This document shows positions 1 to 11,292 of a stretch of 64,000 nucleotides of DNA, piece by piece. Location of the stretch: the NCBI GenBank assembly GCA_943788985.1, contig CALSSJ010000011.1:128001-192000 (forward strand). The letters run 5' to 3'. A model generated the notes under the pieces. The model made no database searches. It saw only the letters and a program-made list of their open reading frames with translations, and had not been told where the DNA came from. Every line of letters begins with the position of its first letter. The first letter of the stretch is position 1. This DNA is from an uncultured Lentisphaerales bacterium. Its GTDB lineage: Bacteria > Verrucomicrobiota > Lentisphaeria > JABSQK01 > UBA12247. The translations under genes and the position numbers were made by a program.

Positions 1-3
1 GCC

Positions 4-1776
4 ATGGAGTTTCGGGCGCAGTCAAACCTGCCGAGTGATGAGCTGTTTCGGGTGATTACGCTGGGCTGGGGAAAGCGCCAGACGGCAAAGGGCAGACTGG
101 CAGTGGAGGCTGAGGCGGTTGGTCGTGGCCGGGTCTACATGGACTCGCAGGATCACGATGTGGATGTGCGCTACCGGACGCCGCGGTTTCAGCTGGAGAA
201 TGGGGAGAGCCGAAATTTGACAGGCGAGCTGAGAGTGCGCGGGCGAGAAGTAACGACTCAAAACCACGCCGAGTCAATCCGCTTGAGTCAGTGGGAGTTG
301 GGCGAGGCTGATCTTGATTTCTGCTTCAAGCCCGGGGCGCCATCGTTATCGGTGAAGGCTAAGGAGGCCGTCCGTGGTGACCTCGCGGTGGAGGAACTGG
401 TGCTGGATGGAGTGTATGATCCGGAAGATGACGGCAGGCTGCTTGGGATCGATGTGCGCTCAAAGGCGCTGAAGGTGGCCGAGATCCGCGTGGCAAACGC
501 GGAATGTGCCGTTCGCTTCCAGGAAGAGGGATTTACGGCCAAGGTGCACGGCGAGAGCGCGGCGATTGATCGTCTGCAGGCGGGTGAGGTAGAGGTCGAG
601 TTGACGCAGAAGGGGAACGCGCTCGTGGGAGCGCTTAAGCTGGCTAGCATTCAATGCGATGAAGTCACTGCCGAAGCGATCAGTGGGACACTGGAGCGAA
701 AAAAAACAGAGGACGGTGAAGTCTTTCACTTTGCTGGCACCTCGGGAGCGTGGGCGCTGACAGCTCCCGAAACCACGGGATCGGAGGCGACGCTGAAGGG
801 TGCCTTTGCTGCGGATGGCTGGGCGTTGGATGCCGGCTTCGATCATGCCGTGTTTATGGCAGAGGGGAAGATGCAGGGCGCGGTCGTGCGACTCGATCAG
901 CGGGGGAAGCAACCGCTGGCGCTGGCGCTGACGAGTGACGCCTTTACCTGGGGGGACTGGACGCTTACCGGGACAACGGCTCAAGGGACGGTTTCGCGAG
1001 ATGCCACCCGCCTGCACGTGACGGCAGAGTCGGTGGCGAAGGGCGCGACGACGGCCACGGGCTTCAGCGGAGTTGGGGCCTGGAGCGACGGAGACTTATC
1101 GCTGGTCAATGCAACCGCAGGCTTCTATGGCGGTGAGCTGCGTGGGGACTTCTTTATGAATGTGCCCGCAGAGCGCGGCACTACGTTCTGGGTGATGCGC
1201 GATGTGGACGTGAATCAGTTGAATAAGGCACTCAAGCCCGACAAGGCCACGAAGGTCAAGGAAGGGGAGAAGACGCCCACTCTCACGGCGCGTGCGAATG
1301 TTTCGATGAACGGCTGGGGAGAGACCCTGACGCTGAGTGGGAGTGGCCAGTTGAACGTGGTCGACGGCAACTTCGTGCGCTATCGGATCCCGATCCTGTC
1401 GGACTTTCTCGTGGCCGTGAGCAAGGCGCGAATCCTGGGTTTGATCACCACGCCTATTTCACATATGACTCGCATCAGCACGCTGAGCACGGATGTGGAA
1501 TTCGCGGGTACGAAAATGAAGTTCCAGTCTTTGCGGACCAATGGTGAGGTGATCGCGGTCGCAGGCAGAGGCTACTATGATTGGAAGGAGCCGTGGTTGG
1601 ACGTCCGGCTGCACGCGGAGTCTTTACCCGGGCTATGGAAACGACTGCCGCTGGTCGATGACCCATTTAAAATTGTGCTGGCGCGGCGCGCCACGGGCAC
1701 TTTCTCTGACCCGAAGTGGGAAGAGATCAGCGGGCTGCGGGACTTTTTCCGCGACACGGAAAAGGACATGAATTGA
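4..1776 (+). CDS. AsmA-like / AsmA2 family envelope protein (probably 5'-truncated by the window edge)
   Basis: Long ORF rich in beta-strand-like segments, with C-terminal AsmA-like motifs (FYGGELRG, LSGSGQLNVVDG, IAVAGRGYYDW, ATGTFSDPKWE). The frame is open at the window start. Confidence 0.6.
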   Translation: MEFRAQSNLPSDELFRVITLGWGKRQTAKGRLAVEAEAVGRGRVYMDSQDHDVDVRYRTPRFQLENGESRNLTGELRVRGREVTTQNHAESIRLSQWELGEADLDFCFKPGAPSLSVKAKEAVRGDLAVEELVLDGVYDPEDDGRLLGIDVRSKALKVAEIRVANAECAVRFQEEGFTAKVHGESAAIDRLQAGEVEVELTQKGNALVGALKLASIQCDEVTAEAISGTLERKKTEDGEVFHFAGTSGAWALTAPETTGSEATLKGAFAADGWALDAGFDHAVFMAEGKMQGAVVRLDQRGKQPLALALTSDAFTWGDWTLTGTTAQGTVSRDATRLHVTAESVAKGATTATGFSGVGAWSDGDLSLVNATAGFYGGELRGDFFMNVPAERGTTFWVMRDVDVNQLNKALKPDKATKVKEGEKTPTLTARANVSMNGWGETLTLSGSGQLNVVDGNFVRYRIPILSDFLVAVSKARILGLITTPISHMTRISTLSTDVEFAGTKMKFQSLRTNGEVIAVAGRGYYDWKEPWLDVRLHAESLPGLWKRLPLVDDPFKIVLARRATGTFSDPKWEEISGLRDFFRDTEKDMN

Positions 1777-1874
1777 TTGGTTTCAATATCCAACAGCCAA
1801 CAGGGAATATCTAATCATCAAAACGAGTCTGTTGGGCACTGAATTCGAAGCCTCAGCCTGTGTGTACTCGGTTT

Positions 1875-2139
1875 TCATTTGGCAATTAGAAATTCCGGGA
1901 GATCCTGGAAGGTCGGGGTGTCTGCCAAGAAGCGAACGGCGGTAGCAATGACTTGAATCGCTTCTTCGACGCAGTGTTCGACCGTGCCGCCTTCGTAGGT
2001 TAGTTGAAGCGTAGCCTGAGTCAGCTCACCGGACTCTTCGCCGACGATTGCGGCACCGTGAATAACGTCTGCGGGCCAATAGGGGTGCTTGGTGCGGGCT
2101 GCGTCGATTTCCTGCTTCGCGAGGGCGAAGATTTGTACT

Positions 2140-2147
<8 letters not shown>
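1875..2147 (-). CDS. Small MazG-like all-alpha NTP pyrophosphohydrolase family protein
   Basis: Motif AIVGEESGEL...EEAIQVIATAVR matches the EExxE / ExxQ(D) pattern. Overlaps the stop of the upstream gene. Confidence 0.6.
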
Positions 2148-3963
<1,816 letters not shown>

Positions 3964-3965
3964 GA

Positions 3966-4223
3966 TCAAGCCTCTCCGGCTTGAATGCGTAAGGCGTGAA
4001 TCTCCGTGCCCATCATCTCTCCGAGCGCAGCATAGATCTTGCGATGTTGCGTCACGCGGGACATCCCGTTGAGCGCTTCGGCGGTGATGGTGACAGAAAA
4101 ATGGCCGCCTCCGCTGCGGGCACCGGGGTGGCCGATGTGGAGGTGGCTTTCATCTTCTATTTCTAAGCTGACAGGCGCAAAAGCGGCAATCAGCCTCTCA
4201 CGAATGGTGGCAACACGATCCAT
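3966..4223 (-). CDS. bolA: BolA family protein
   Basis: EDESHLHIGHPGA..GGGHF, SRVTQHRKIY and EIHALRI motifs. Confidence 0.92.
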   Translation of the reverse strand: MDRVATIRERLIAAFAPVSLEIEDESHLHIGHPGARSGGGHFSVTITAEALNGMSRVTQHRKIYAALGEMMGTEIHALRIQAGEA

Positions 4224-4394
4224 AGATCCGGTCCTGACTTTGGGAACTTACGAGGCAAACCGCTCGACGGTACTCCATGCCGCCGGGATGCTCCAGTTCT
4301 GCAGATGGCCGAATGCTGTTGGCAGGTCAGGCTCGGGCGATATATTGCGAGTTTACTTTTGCACTGGTTTCTCACGTAACTAAGGAATTTCATC

Positions 4395-4490
4395 ATGGGT
4401 CAGCAGAATAAGAAGATCGTCAAGCGCGCACGTCGTAAGCGGTACATGGCACGGGTAAAGGCACGCAAGATCGAAGCCGCACAGCGGTAG
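4395..4490 (+). CDS. Small highly basic protein, 31 aa (MGQQNKKIVKRARRKRYMARVKARKIEAAQR)
   Basis: Translated by hand; below the ORF-track size cutoff. Strong SD (TAAGGA at 4381-4386); lies immediately upstream of dapA. Confidence 0.7.
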   Translation: MGQQNKKIVKRARRKRYMARVKARKIEAAQR

Positions 4491-4522
4491 AGCAACGTTC
4501 AGGGAACTTGGGCGAGGAAACT

Positions 4523-5395
4523 ATGGTCCTTCAGGGCTGTTATACAGCGTTGACGACACCGTTCGTCGACGGTGCCGTCTGTTATGACACGTTAGCATCT
4601 CTGGTAGAACGCCAGATTGCTGCGGGCGTCGATGGGGTGGTGCCGGTCGGGACAACCGGTGAGTCACCGACTCTGAGCGTGGCGGAGCATGAGCGTGTGA
4701 TTTCCGCGGTAGTCGAGACCGTGGGCGGCCGTTGCCAGGTGTTTGCCGGCACTGGAGGAAACTCTACTGCCGAGGCCTTGGAGTTGACACAGCATGCCAA
4801 GGACGTCGGAGCCGACGGGACGCTACAAGTCACGCCCTATTACAACAAGCCGACGCAAGAAGGGCTTTATCGTCACTTCATGAAGATCGCAGATGTTGGT
4901 TTGCCGGTCATGCTATACAGCATTCCCGGGCGCTGCAACGTGGAGATCGAACTTGAAACGGTGGCGCGTCTTGCGAAGCATGAAAGCATCGTGGCGATCA
5001 AGGAAGCCGGGGGGAAGGTGGACCGGATCAGTGGGCTTAAGCAGTGCTGCGATCTGAGCCTGCTCAGTGGCGATGATGCCCTTGCCTTGCCGATGATGTT
5101 AATGGGGGCCACTGGACTTGTCAGTGTGACCTCAAACCTGCTGCCTGCCGAGATGACTGCGCTGACGCATTACGCGTTGGCGGGGGATTATCGGGCGGCA
5201 CTGGAGATACATTTTAACTATTACCGGTTATTCGGGGCCCTATTTGCCGAGACCAATCCGGTGCCGGTAAAAGCAGCAATGCACGCGCTGGACCTGCATG
5301 GCTCGGACTGTCGCTTGCCGCTGGCCCCAATGGCTGAGGATAACACCAAAAAGCTGTACCAGCAGTTGGCCGCCGTTGGCTTGATCGGTCGCTGA
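4523..5395 (+). CDS. dapA: 4-hydroxy-tetrahydrodipicolinate synthase
   Basis: GTTGESPTL, TPYYNKPTQEG, AIKEA and ETNPVPVK motifs. ATG 4523 is preceded by GAGGA. Confidence 0.96.
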   Translation: MVLQGCYTALTTPFVDGAVCYDTLASLVERQIAAGVDGVVPVGTTGESPTLSVAEHERVISAVVETVGGRCQVFAGTGGNSTAEALELTQHAKDVGADGTLQVTPYYNKPTQEGLYRHFMKIADVGLPVMLYSIPGRCNVEIELETVARLAKHESIVAIKEAGGKVDRISGLKQCCDLSLLSGDDALALPMMLMGATGLVSVTSNLLPAEMTALTHYALAGDYRAALEIHFNYYRLFGALFAETNPVPVKAAMHALDLHGSDCRLPLAPMAEDNTKKLYQQLAAVGLIGR

Positions 5396-5399
5396 TAGG

Positions 5400-6212
5400 A
5401 TGGCAGTACGCGTAGCAATTGTCGGCGCGGCAGGTCGCATGGGCCAGAGGCTGATTGCGTTGGCTGCAGACGACGCAGATCTGGTCGTCTGCGGCGCCGT
5501 TGAACATGCTGAATCACCGTTTCTTGGGCAAGATGCTGGCATGCTTGCCATAGGCGATGAGCTTGGCGTTGCGATCTCCGCAGACCTGGCCGCAAGTGTG
5601 GCCGGCGCGGATGCCGTCATCGATTTTTCTGCGCCGAGTCAGGCCGTGCACGTGGCGGAGTCCGCAATCGCTGCTGGGGCCGGATATGTCCTCGGAACGA
5701 CCGGGTTGACCAGCGAGCAGTATGATGGGCTGCGGGCGCTCTCCCGTAGGGGCCGGCTGGTGGTGGCGTCGAACATGAGCGTGGGGGTAAATTTGTTGTT
5801 TCAGTTGGCCGGGCAGGTTGCCCGCACCCTCGGGATCGACTACGACATCGAGATCATAGAGATGCATCACAACCAAAAGAAAGATGCTCCTAGCGGGACG
5901 GCTGTGCGCCTGGGCGAAGTGGTTGCCGAAGCGCGCGGGTTGAACTATGAGACCGATACCGAGCACGGCCGTGTCGGGATGGTCGGGGCGCGTGAGGAGG
6001 GGAAGATCGGCATGCACGCCTTGCGTGGTGGCGATGTGGTGGGCGATCACACGGTGATGTTTGCCACCGCCGGGGAGCGGATCGAGCTCACCCACAGAGC
6101 GTCGACACGCGACACCTTCGCAGTCGGAGCCCTGCGAGCCGCAAAATTTTTGCGCGATGCAGAGCCGGGGCAGTACGATATGGCCGCAGTTCTCGGATTG
6201 ACAACAGCATGA
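5400..6212 (+). CDS. dapB: 4-hydroxy-tetrahydrodipicolinate reductase
   Basis: GAAGRMG, GTTG, EMHHNQKKDAPSGTA and RGGDVVGDH motifs. Confidence 0.96.
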   Translation: MAVRVAIVGAAGRMGQRLIALAADDADLVVCGAVEHAESPFLGQDAGMLAIGDELGVAISADLAASVAGADAVIDFSAPSQAVHVAESAIAAGAGYVLGTTGLTSEQYDGLRALSRRGRLVVASNMSVGVNLLFQLAGQVARTLGIDYDIEIIEMHHNQKKDAPSGTAVRLGEVVAEARGLNYETDTEHGRVGMVGAREEGKIGMHALRGGDVVGDHTVMFATAGERIELTHRASTRDTFAVGALRAAKFLRDAEPGQYDMAAVLGLTTA

Positions 6213-6778
6213 CTTTCACAATGCAGGAATTTGAGCGCTTCTTGCGCAACGACTGGCAAGTTCTTACTGCGTGCACGGGCGGGCTGCTGCTGTGGCTACT
6301 GTCCGGCGCAATGGCTTCATCCATTGCCGAGACGCGCGTACGCAGCCCATGGGTGCACCTGATTCTAGGACTTTTGCTTCCGGTCGTGTATCCGATTCTG
6401 GCTCTGTTTTTTGGCGTCAGTACGGTGAAGCAACCGAAGATTAAGGAAGCCAAAGAGCGAGATGTCTCGCATCCCGACGGGCCCCCTCCAGTGGAGCTAC
6501 CTGCGGCCGATGTGCCAATCGTGGCACGTGAGATTCACGCCGAGTCGATCGACGAGGTGAGTATATTTACCCCCGAGTACTTCAAGGATATGGCCTTGGA
6601 TGAATACGGGAACTATCGCGGCCCGTTCCTCTTTAAGGTGCACGGCATCGAGCAGCGCGCAGATCGAATTGTAGAGTGCATGCCGGGCGTCGTGGTCACC
6701 GAATCAATCACGCCGGACGGCAAGAGCCAGCGCCTACGCATCCCATACGACAAGGTCGAGGGCTTCGAAGAGCTCTGA
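6209..6778 (+). CDS. Hypothetical membrane protein (two N-terminal TM helices)
   Basis: ATGA overlap with dapB; two hydrophobic segments followed by a soluble domain. Confidence 0.7.
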   Translation: MTFTMQEFERFLRNDWQVLTACTGGLLLWLLSGAMASSIAETRVRSPWVHLILGLLLPVVYPILALFFGVSTVKQPKIKEAKERDVSHPDGPPPVELPAADVPIVAREIHAESIDEVSIFTPEYFKDMALDEYGNYRGPFLFKVHGIEQRADRIVECMPGVVVTESITPDGKSQRLRIPYDKVEGFEEL

Positions 6779-6826
6779 TTCTCATCCTCGCTTTTCCAGT
6801 TCATCTCTCAAAAAAGCCTACCAATC

Positions 6827-9800
6827 ATGCATTTCGAACCAGTACGTAAAGCCGACTTCCCCACTGAGGAGCAGCGTGTTCTCGCCTTCTGGCGGGAGCA
6901 GGACATCTTTGCGAAAACAATGGCCGCGAGGTCTGGCGGGCCAGAGTTTGTGTTCTATGATGGGCCGCCATTCGCGACCGGGCTGCCACATTACGGGCAC
7001 TTGCTGGCTGGCGCGATCAAGGACGTTATCCCGCGCTATCAGACGATGCAGGGTAAGTTCGTCGACCGTGTGTTTGGCTGGGACTGTCATGGCCTGCCGG
7101 TCGAAAACGAGATGGAGAAAGAGCTCCAGATCAACAGCAAGCATGAGATTGAGTCCTACGGCGTGGATCGTTTTAACGAGGCCTGCCGTGGTATCGTGTT
7201 GAAGTACACCAGCGAGTGGGAGCAGGTCGTCGAGCGCATGGGACGTTGGGTGGACTTTGACCGCGGCTATCGGACGATGGATCTGAGCTATATGGAATCC
7301 ATCTGGTGGGTTTTTAAACAGCTTTGGGATAAGGACCTGATCTACGAAGGCGACAAGATCATGTGGTACTGTCCGCGTTGCGCCACGCCGCTGTCCAACT
7401 TCGAGGTCAATCAGGGCTATCGCGACACCAAGGATCCGGCCATTACCGTGCGGTTTAAGCTGAACGGGTCTGGAAATCGCTACATCATCGCCTGGACCAC
7501 GACGCCCTGGACGCTGCCGGCGAACTTTGCACTTGCCGTGGGGGAGGACATTGACTATGTCGAGGTCGAGGATGGCGACGATACGCTGATTTTGGCCGAG
7601 GCGCGCATGGGCGCCTACTACCCCAAAGAGCAGCCGACCGTTATCCGCACCTTTAAGGGCGCGGAATTGGTGGGGACCAGCTATGCGCCGATCCTGCCGT
7701 TCTTTCCCCAGCATCGTGAGGACGCGTACCGGGTGATCGCGGCTGACTTCGTCACGACAGGGGACGGTGCTGGCGTGGTGCATATTGCACCAGGATTTGG
7801 TGAGGACGATAATCGTGTGGGCAAAGAGAACGGTCTGCCGGTGCATTGCCCGCTTGATGATGAGGGGCGCTACACCGCTGTCGTGCATGACTTCGCAGGC
7901 CGCTTTGTGAAGGACTGTGACGCGGACATTATCCAGCGCCTCCGCGAGGAAGGTTCGCTGGTGCGCAAGACCACGGTCAGCCATAGCTATCCGCATTGCT
8001 GGCGGTGTGAAGCGCCGCTGCTCAATCGCTCCATTCCTACTTGGTTTGTACGCGTCGAGAAGATCAAGGACCGCATGGTCGCGGCCAATCAACAGATTCA
8101 GTGGGTGCCGGGCCATTTGAAGGACGGTCGCTTCGGGAAGTGGCTGGAGAACGCCCGCGACTGGGCCATCTCGCGCAATCGATATTGGGGCTGTCCGCTG
8201 CCGATCTGGCATGATCGCGAGAGTGGGCAGATCGAGGTGTTTGGCTCTGTGGCCGAGCTCGAGGCGCGCAGTGGCCAGACGATCACGGACATTCACAAGC
8301 ACTTTGTCGACCCTATTGAGCTGCCCGGGACTGACGGTGTGACCCTGCGACGGGTACCACAGGTGCTGGACTGCTGGTTTGAGAGTGGCTCAATGCCATA
8401 CGCGCAGAAGCATTATCCGTTCGAGAACGAAGGCTGGGTAGAGGATCACTTACCAGCTGATTTTATCGCCGAGGGTCTGGATCAGACCCGCGGCTGGTTT
8501 TATACGCTCGTGGTGCTAGGAGCGGCGCTGTTCGATCGGCCCCCGTTTCGGAACGTGATCGTGAATGGTCTGATTCTCGCTGAGGATGGGGCAAAGATGT
8601 CCAAACGTCTGCGAAACTATCCAGACCCGATGGAGATCATGAACAAGTATGGTGCAGATGCTATGCGGCTGTACTTGCTGAGTTCGCAAGTTGTGCGAGG
8701 CGAGAACCTGCGCTTCTCCGAGAAGCGTCATATGGTCACGGACCAAGCCACCGGCAAGGAGATTCAGACGCCCGATGGCGTGCAGGAGACGATGCGTGCG
8801 GTGTTGCTGCCATTGTGGAATTCTTATAGCTTTTTCATCACCTATGCGAATGTGGATGGCTGGGACCCGCGGTCTGCGCTGGACGTTGCGAACTCCGCAC
8901 CGAAGGCGGATTTGGATCGCTGGATTCTTGCCCGCTTGAACTCGATGGTGACGCAGGTCACGGACCGTTTGGACGCGTATGACCTGCAAGGCGCCGGGCT
9001 GAGTTTCAGCGGCTTTGTCGGTGATTTGACCAACTGGTACATCCGTCGCAGTCGCCGCCGTTTCTGGAAAAGTCAGGATGATTCCGATAAACATGAGGCG
9101 TACTCTACGCTGTATCACGTGCTCGTGACATTTTGTCAGGCTGCAGCCCCGCTGACCCCGTTCATGACCGAGACCATTTACCGCAATCTGCGTCGGCCAT
9201 TTATGACCGCGGGCGAGAGCGACGCGGAATCCGTGCATCTGTGCGATTTTCCCAAGCCCAATCCCGCGCTAGCAGACGAGACTCTGGAACGGCGCATGGG
9301 GCGCGCAATCACGGCGGTTTCGCTAGGGCGCTTTCTGCGGACACAGGCGACGATCAAGGTACGGCAACCGCTGGCGGAGTCGGTGTTGCTGTCCTTGGAC
9401 CCTGAGACGCGTGCTGACTTGGAGGCGATTCGCCCGCTGGTCGCCGAAGAGCTAAACGTAAAATCCGTACGGGTAGATGCGAACGAGGCGACTCTGGTCG
9501 ACCTCTCCGCGAAGGCCAACTTTAAGCGATTGGGCAAGCGTCTGCAGAAGCGCATGAAGCATGCTGCAGGCGCGATCGCTGGGTTGGATGACACGGCCCT
9601 TACGCAGTTGCAGTTAGGCGAGACTCTCACCATAGAGCTTGCCGATGGCGGAGACGCAGTGGAGATCACGATTGAAGATGTGGAGATTCGCCGCACGGAG
9701 CGCGAAGGGATTGCCGTGGCGAATGAAGGAGACATCACTGTGGCCTTGGACCTGCAACTGGATGACGGTCTAGTGAGGGAAGGCCTAGCTCGTGAGATTG

Positions 9801-10030
9801 TGAACCGTCTGCAAGGCATGCGTAAGGACGCAGGTCTTCAGGTAGACGACCGCATTGTCGTGTGTTATGAGGCGCCCGCCGCGATTTCCACCGCCATCGA
9901 GCAGTACGGCACGTATATTTCTGATGAAGTCCTCGCCACATCGTTGCGCTCCGAGCCGACGTCCGGCGTGGACATCGTGGATATCAACGGCCATGCCTGC
10001 ACGTTTGCGATAGTCAAGGAGGCTGGCTGA
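6827..10030 (+). CDS. ileS: Isoleucine--tRNA ligase, type 2 (archaeal/eukaryote-like)
   Basis: DGPPFATGLPHYGH, WTTTPWTLP, DWAISRNRYWG, EGLDQTRGWFY and KMSKR motifs; long type-2 C-terminus. Confidence 0.97.
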   Translation: MHFEPVRKADFPTEEQRVLAFWREQDIFAKTMAARSGGPEFVFYDGPPFATGLPHYGHLLAGAIKDVIPRYQTMQGKFVDRVFGWDCHGLPVENEMEKELQINSKHEIESYGVDRFNEACRGIVLKYTSEWEQVVERMGRWVDFDRGYRTMDLSYMESIWWVFKQLWDKDLIYEGDKIMWYCPRCATPLSNFEVNQGYRDTKDPAITVRFKLNGSGNRYIIAWTTTPWTLPANFALAVGEDIDYVEVEDGDDTLILAEARMGAYYPKEQPTVIRTFKGAELVGTSYAPILPFFPQHREDAYRVIAADFVTTGDGAGVVHIAPGFGEDDNRVGKENGLPVHCPLDDEGRYTAVVHDFAGRFVKDCDADIIQRLREEGSLVRKTTVSHSYPHCWRCEAPLLNRSIPTWFVRVEKIKDRMVAANQQIQWVPGHLKDGRFGKWLENARDWAISRNRYWGCPLPIWHDRESGQIEVFGSVAELEARSGQTITDIHKHFVDPIELPGTDGVTLRRVPQVLDCWFESGSMPYAQKHYPFENEGWVEDHLPADFIAEGLDQTRGWFYTLVVLGAALFDRPPFRNVIVNGLILAEDGAKMSKRLRNYPDPMEIMNKYGADAMRLYLLSSQVVRGENLRFSEKRHMVTDQATGKEIQTPDGVQETMRAVLLPLWNSYSFFITYANVDGWDPRSALDVANSAPKADLDRWILARLNSMVTQVTDRLDAYDLQGAGLSFSGFVGDLTNWYIRRSRRRFWKSQDDSDKHEAYSTLYHVLVTFCQAAAPLTPFMTETIYRNLRRPFMTAGESDAESVHLCDFPKPNPALADETLERRMGRAITAVSLGRFLRTQATIKVRQPLAESVLLSLDPETRADLEAIRPLVAEELNVKSVRVDANEATLVDLSAKANFKRLGKRLQKRMKHAAGAIAGLDDTALTQLQLGETLTIELADGGDAVEITIEDVEIRRTEREGIAVANEGDITVALDLQLDDGLVREGLAREIVNRLQGMRKDAGLQVDDRIVVCYEAPAAISTAIEQYGTYISDEVLATSLRSEPTSGVDIVDINGHACTFAIVKEAG

Positions 10031-10035
10031 TACCC

Positions 10036-11292
10036 GTGACTGAACCTTGTCCAAAGTGTAACGCTCCTCTCACCATCGAGGCAGGCGCCTTGGAGCTGAC
10101 CTGCGAGGCATGTGGTACTGTGATTGAGCTCGACTTCGGAACAGGCGACGAAGAGTGCGAAGATGCGGAAACACAGGTGGATCACGAGCCAAACCCGAAG
10201 AATGACACCTCCTCGCGAGACTTGCACGCCTTTGCAGAAGCATCCGAGTTCGAATTCGAAGTAAACTCGTTTGCAGACCTTGTCCGCTCGAAAAAGGAAG
10301 GGCCAGCCGCAGACGTCAGCTTTCGCAGTATGACCGGTGGCCGTGTTGTGGCTGGTCAGCCCATTCGTGATATCAAAATTGCCAAACCCGTGAAAGCGGG
10401 AGTGATGGGCACGGGTTCTCACCGGGTGAACCGTGAGGACTTCCCGACTCAGGATTCGGTCACGACAGATATGCTCGATCGCTCACGGCTGGAAGCAGAC
10501 GAACTGGCCAAAGAACGTGCGGCGCTTGGGGCGGCGCGCGAGGAAGCAGGGAAATTGCGAGAGGCGATTGAAGCAGAGAAGGCTGACCTGGAGCGGCAGC
10601 GAGAAGAGCACAGTCTGCAGATCAAGCGCATCCAAAACGAGGCGCTTTCGGCGGTCGAGAAGGAAAGACATTTCGCCGAAGAATTTGAGCGTAAAGCCGA
10701 AGCTTTGGCAGAGAATGGAGACCAGAAGCTCAGGGCTGCGCAGGAGCGGGCAGAGCAATTGGCGAAGCGTGAGGCTGAGGAAAAAGCGCGGCATGATGCT
10801 CTGGTGAAAGAAAAGAGGCATGCGATTAAGGCCATCAAAAAGAAGATCATTGAGGTGGCCGAGCACGAAAAGAAGGTTGCTGACGAGGCGAGTCGCAAAG
10901 CTGCCGAAGAAGATCGCAAGCAAGGTGAATATGAGGCGATGCTGGAACGAGCCGCCGACAAGACTCGGGCTGAGGTGGACGCTGCGGCAGAGGAAAAGAA
11001 GAAAGCGTTGAAGGCGGCGAAGATTGACGCCGCGAAGAAAGAGGCTCGCGCCAGGCTCTTGGAGAAGAAGAAAGACCAAGCGCGCAAGGTGATAGCGAAG
11101 CAGAAGGAAGAGGAAGTTAAACGGCGTGAAGACGCGATCACCAGGGCGAAAGGGGAAGCTTTGATTAGGCAGAAAGAAGAGGCAGAGAAGAAACGCAACA
11201 AGGCCATTTCCGTAGGCGTGAATCAGGATGTAGACGACGAAATCCGCCGCATGGAGCAAGAGGCAATGGATGAGATTGGTGGTGACCGGTGA
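10036..11292 (+). CDS. Hypothetical protein with N-terminal zinc ribbon and long charged coiled coil
   Basis: CPKC...CEAC at the N-terminus; E/K/A/R-rich helical C-terminal two thirds. Confidence 0.7.
   Translation: MTEPCPKCNAPLTIEAGALELTCEACGTVIELDFGTGDEECEDAETQVDHEPNPKNDTSSRDLHAFAEASEFEFEVNSFADLVRSKKEGPAADVSFRSMTGGRVVAGQPIRDIKIAKPVKAGVMGTGSHRVNREDFPTQDSVTTDMLDRSRLEADELAKERAALGAAREEAGKLREAIEAEKADLERQREEHSLQIKRIQNEALSAVEKERHFAEEFERKAEALAENGDQKLRAAQERAEQLAKREAEEKARHDALVKEKRHAIKAIKKKIIEVAEHEKKVADEASRKAAEEDRKQGEYEAMLERAADKTRAEVDAAAEEKKKALKAAKIDAAKKEARARLLEKKKDQARKVIAKQKEEEVKRREDAITRAKGEALIRQKEEAEKKRNKAISVGVNQDVDDEIRRMEQEAMDEIGGDR

Noticed and set aside
1777..1874. Intergenic repeat element or terminator between convergent genes
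   Set aside because: Only a weak CCAACAG...CTGTTGG pairing and an AATATC duplication; no second copy seen in this window
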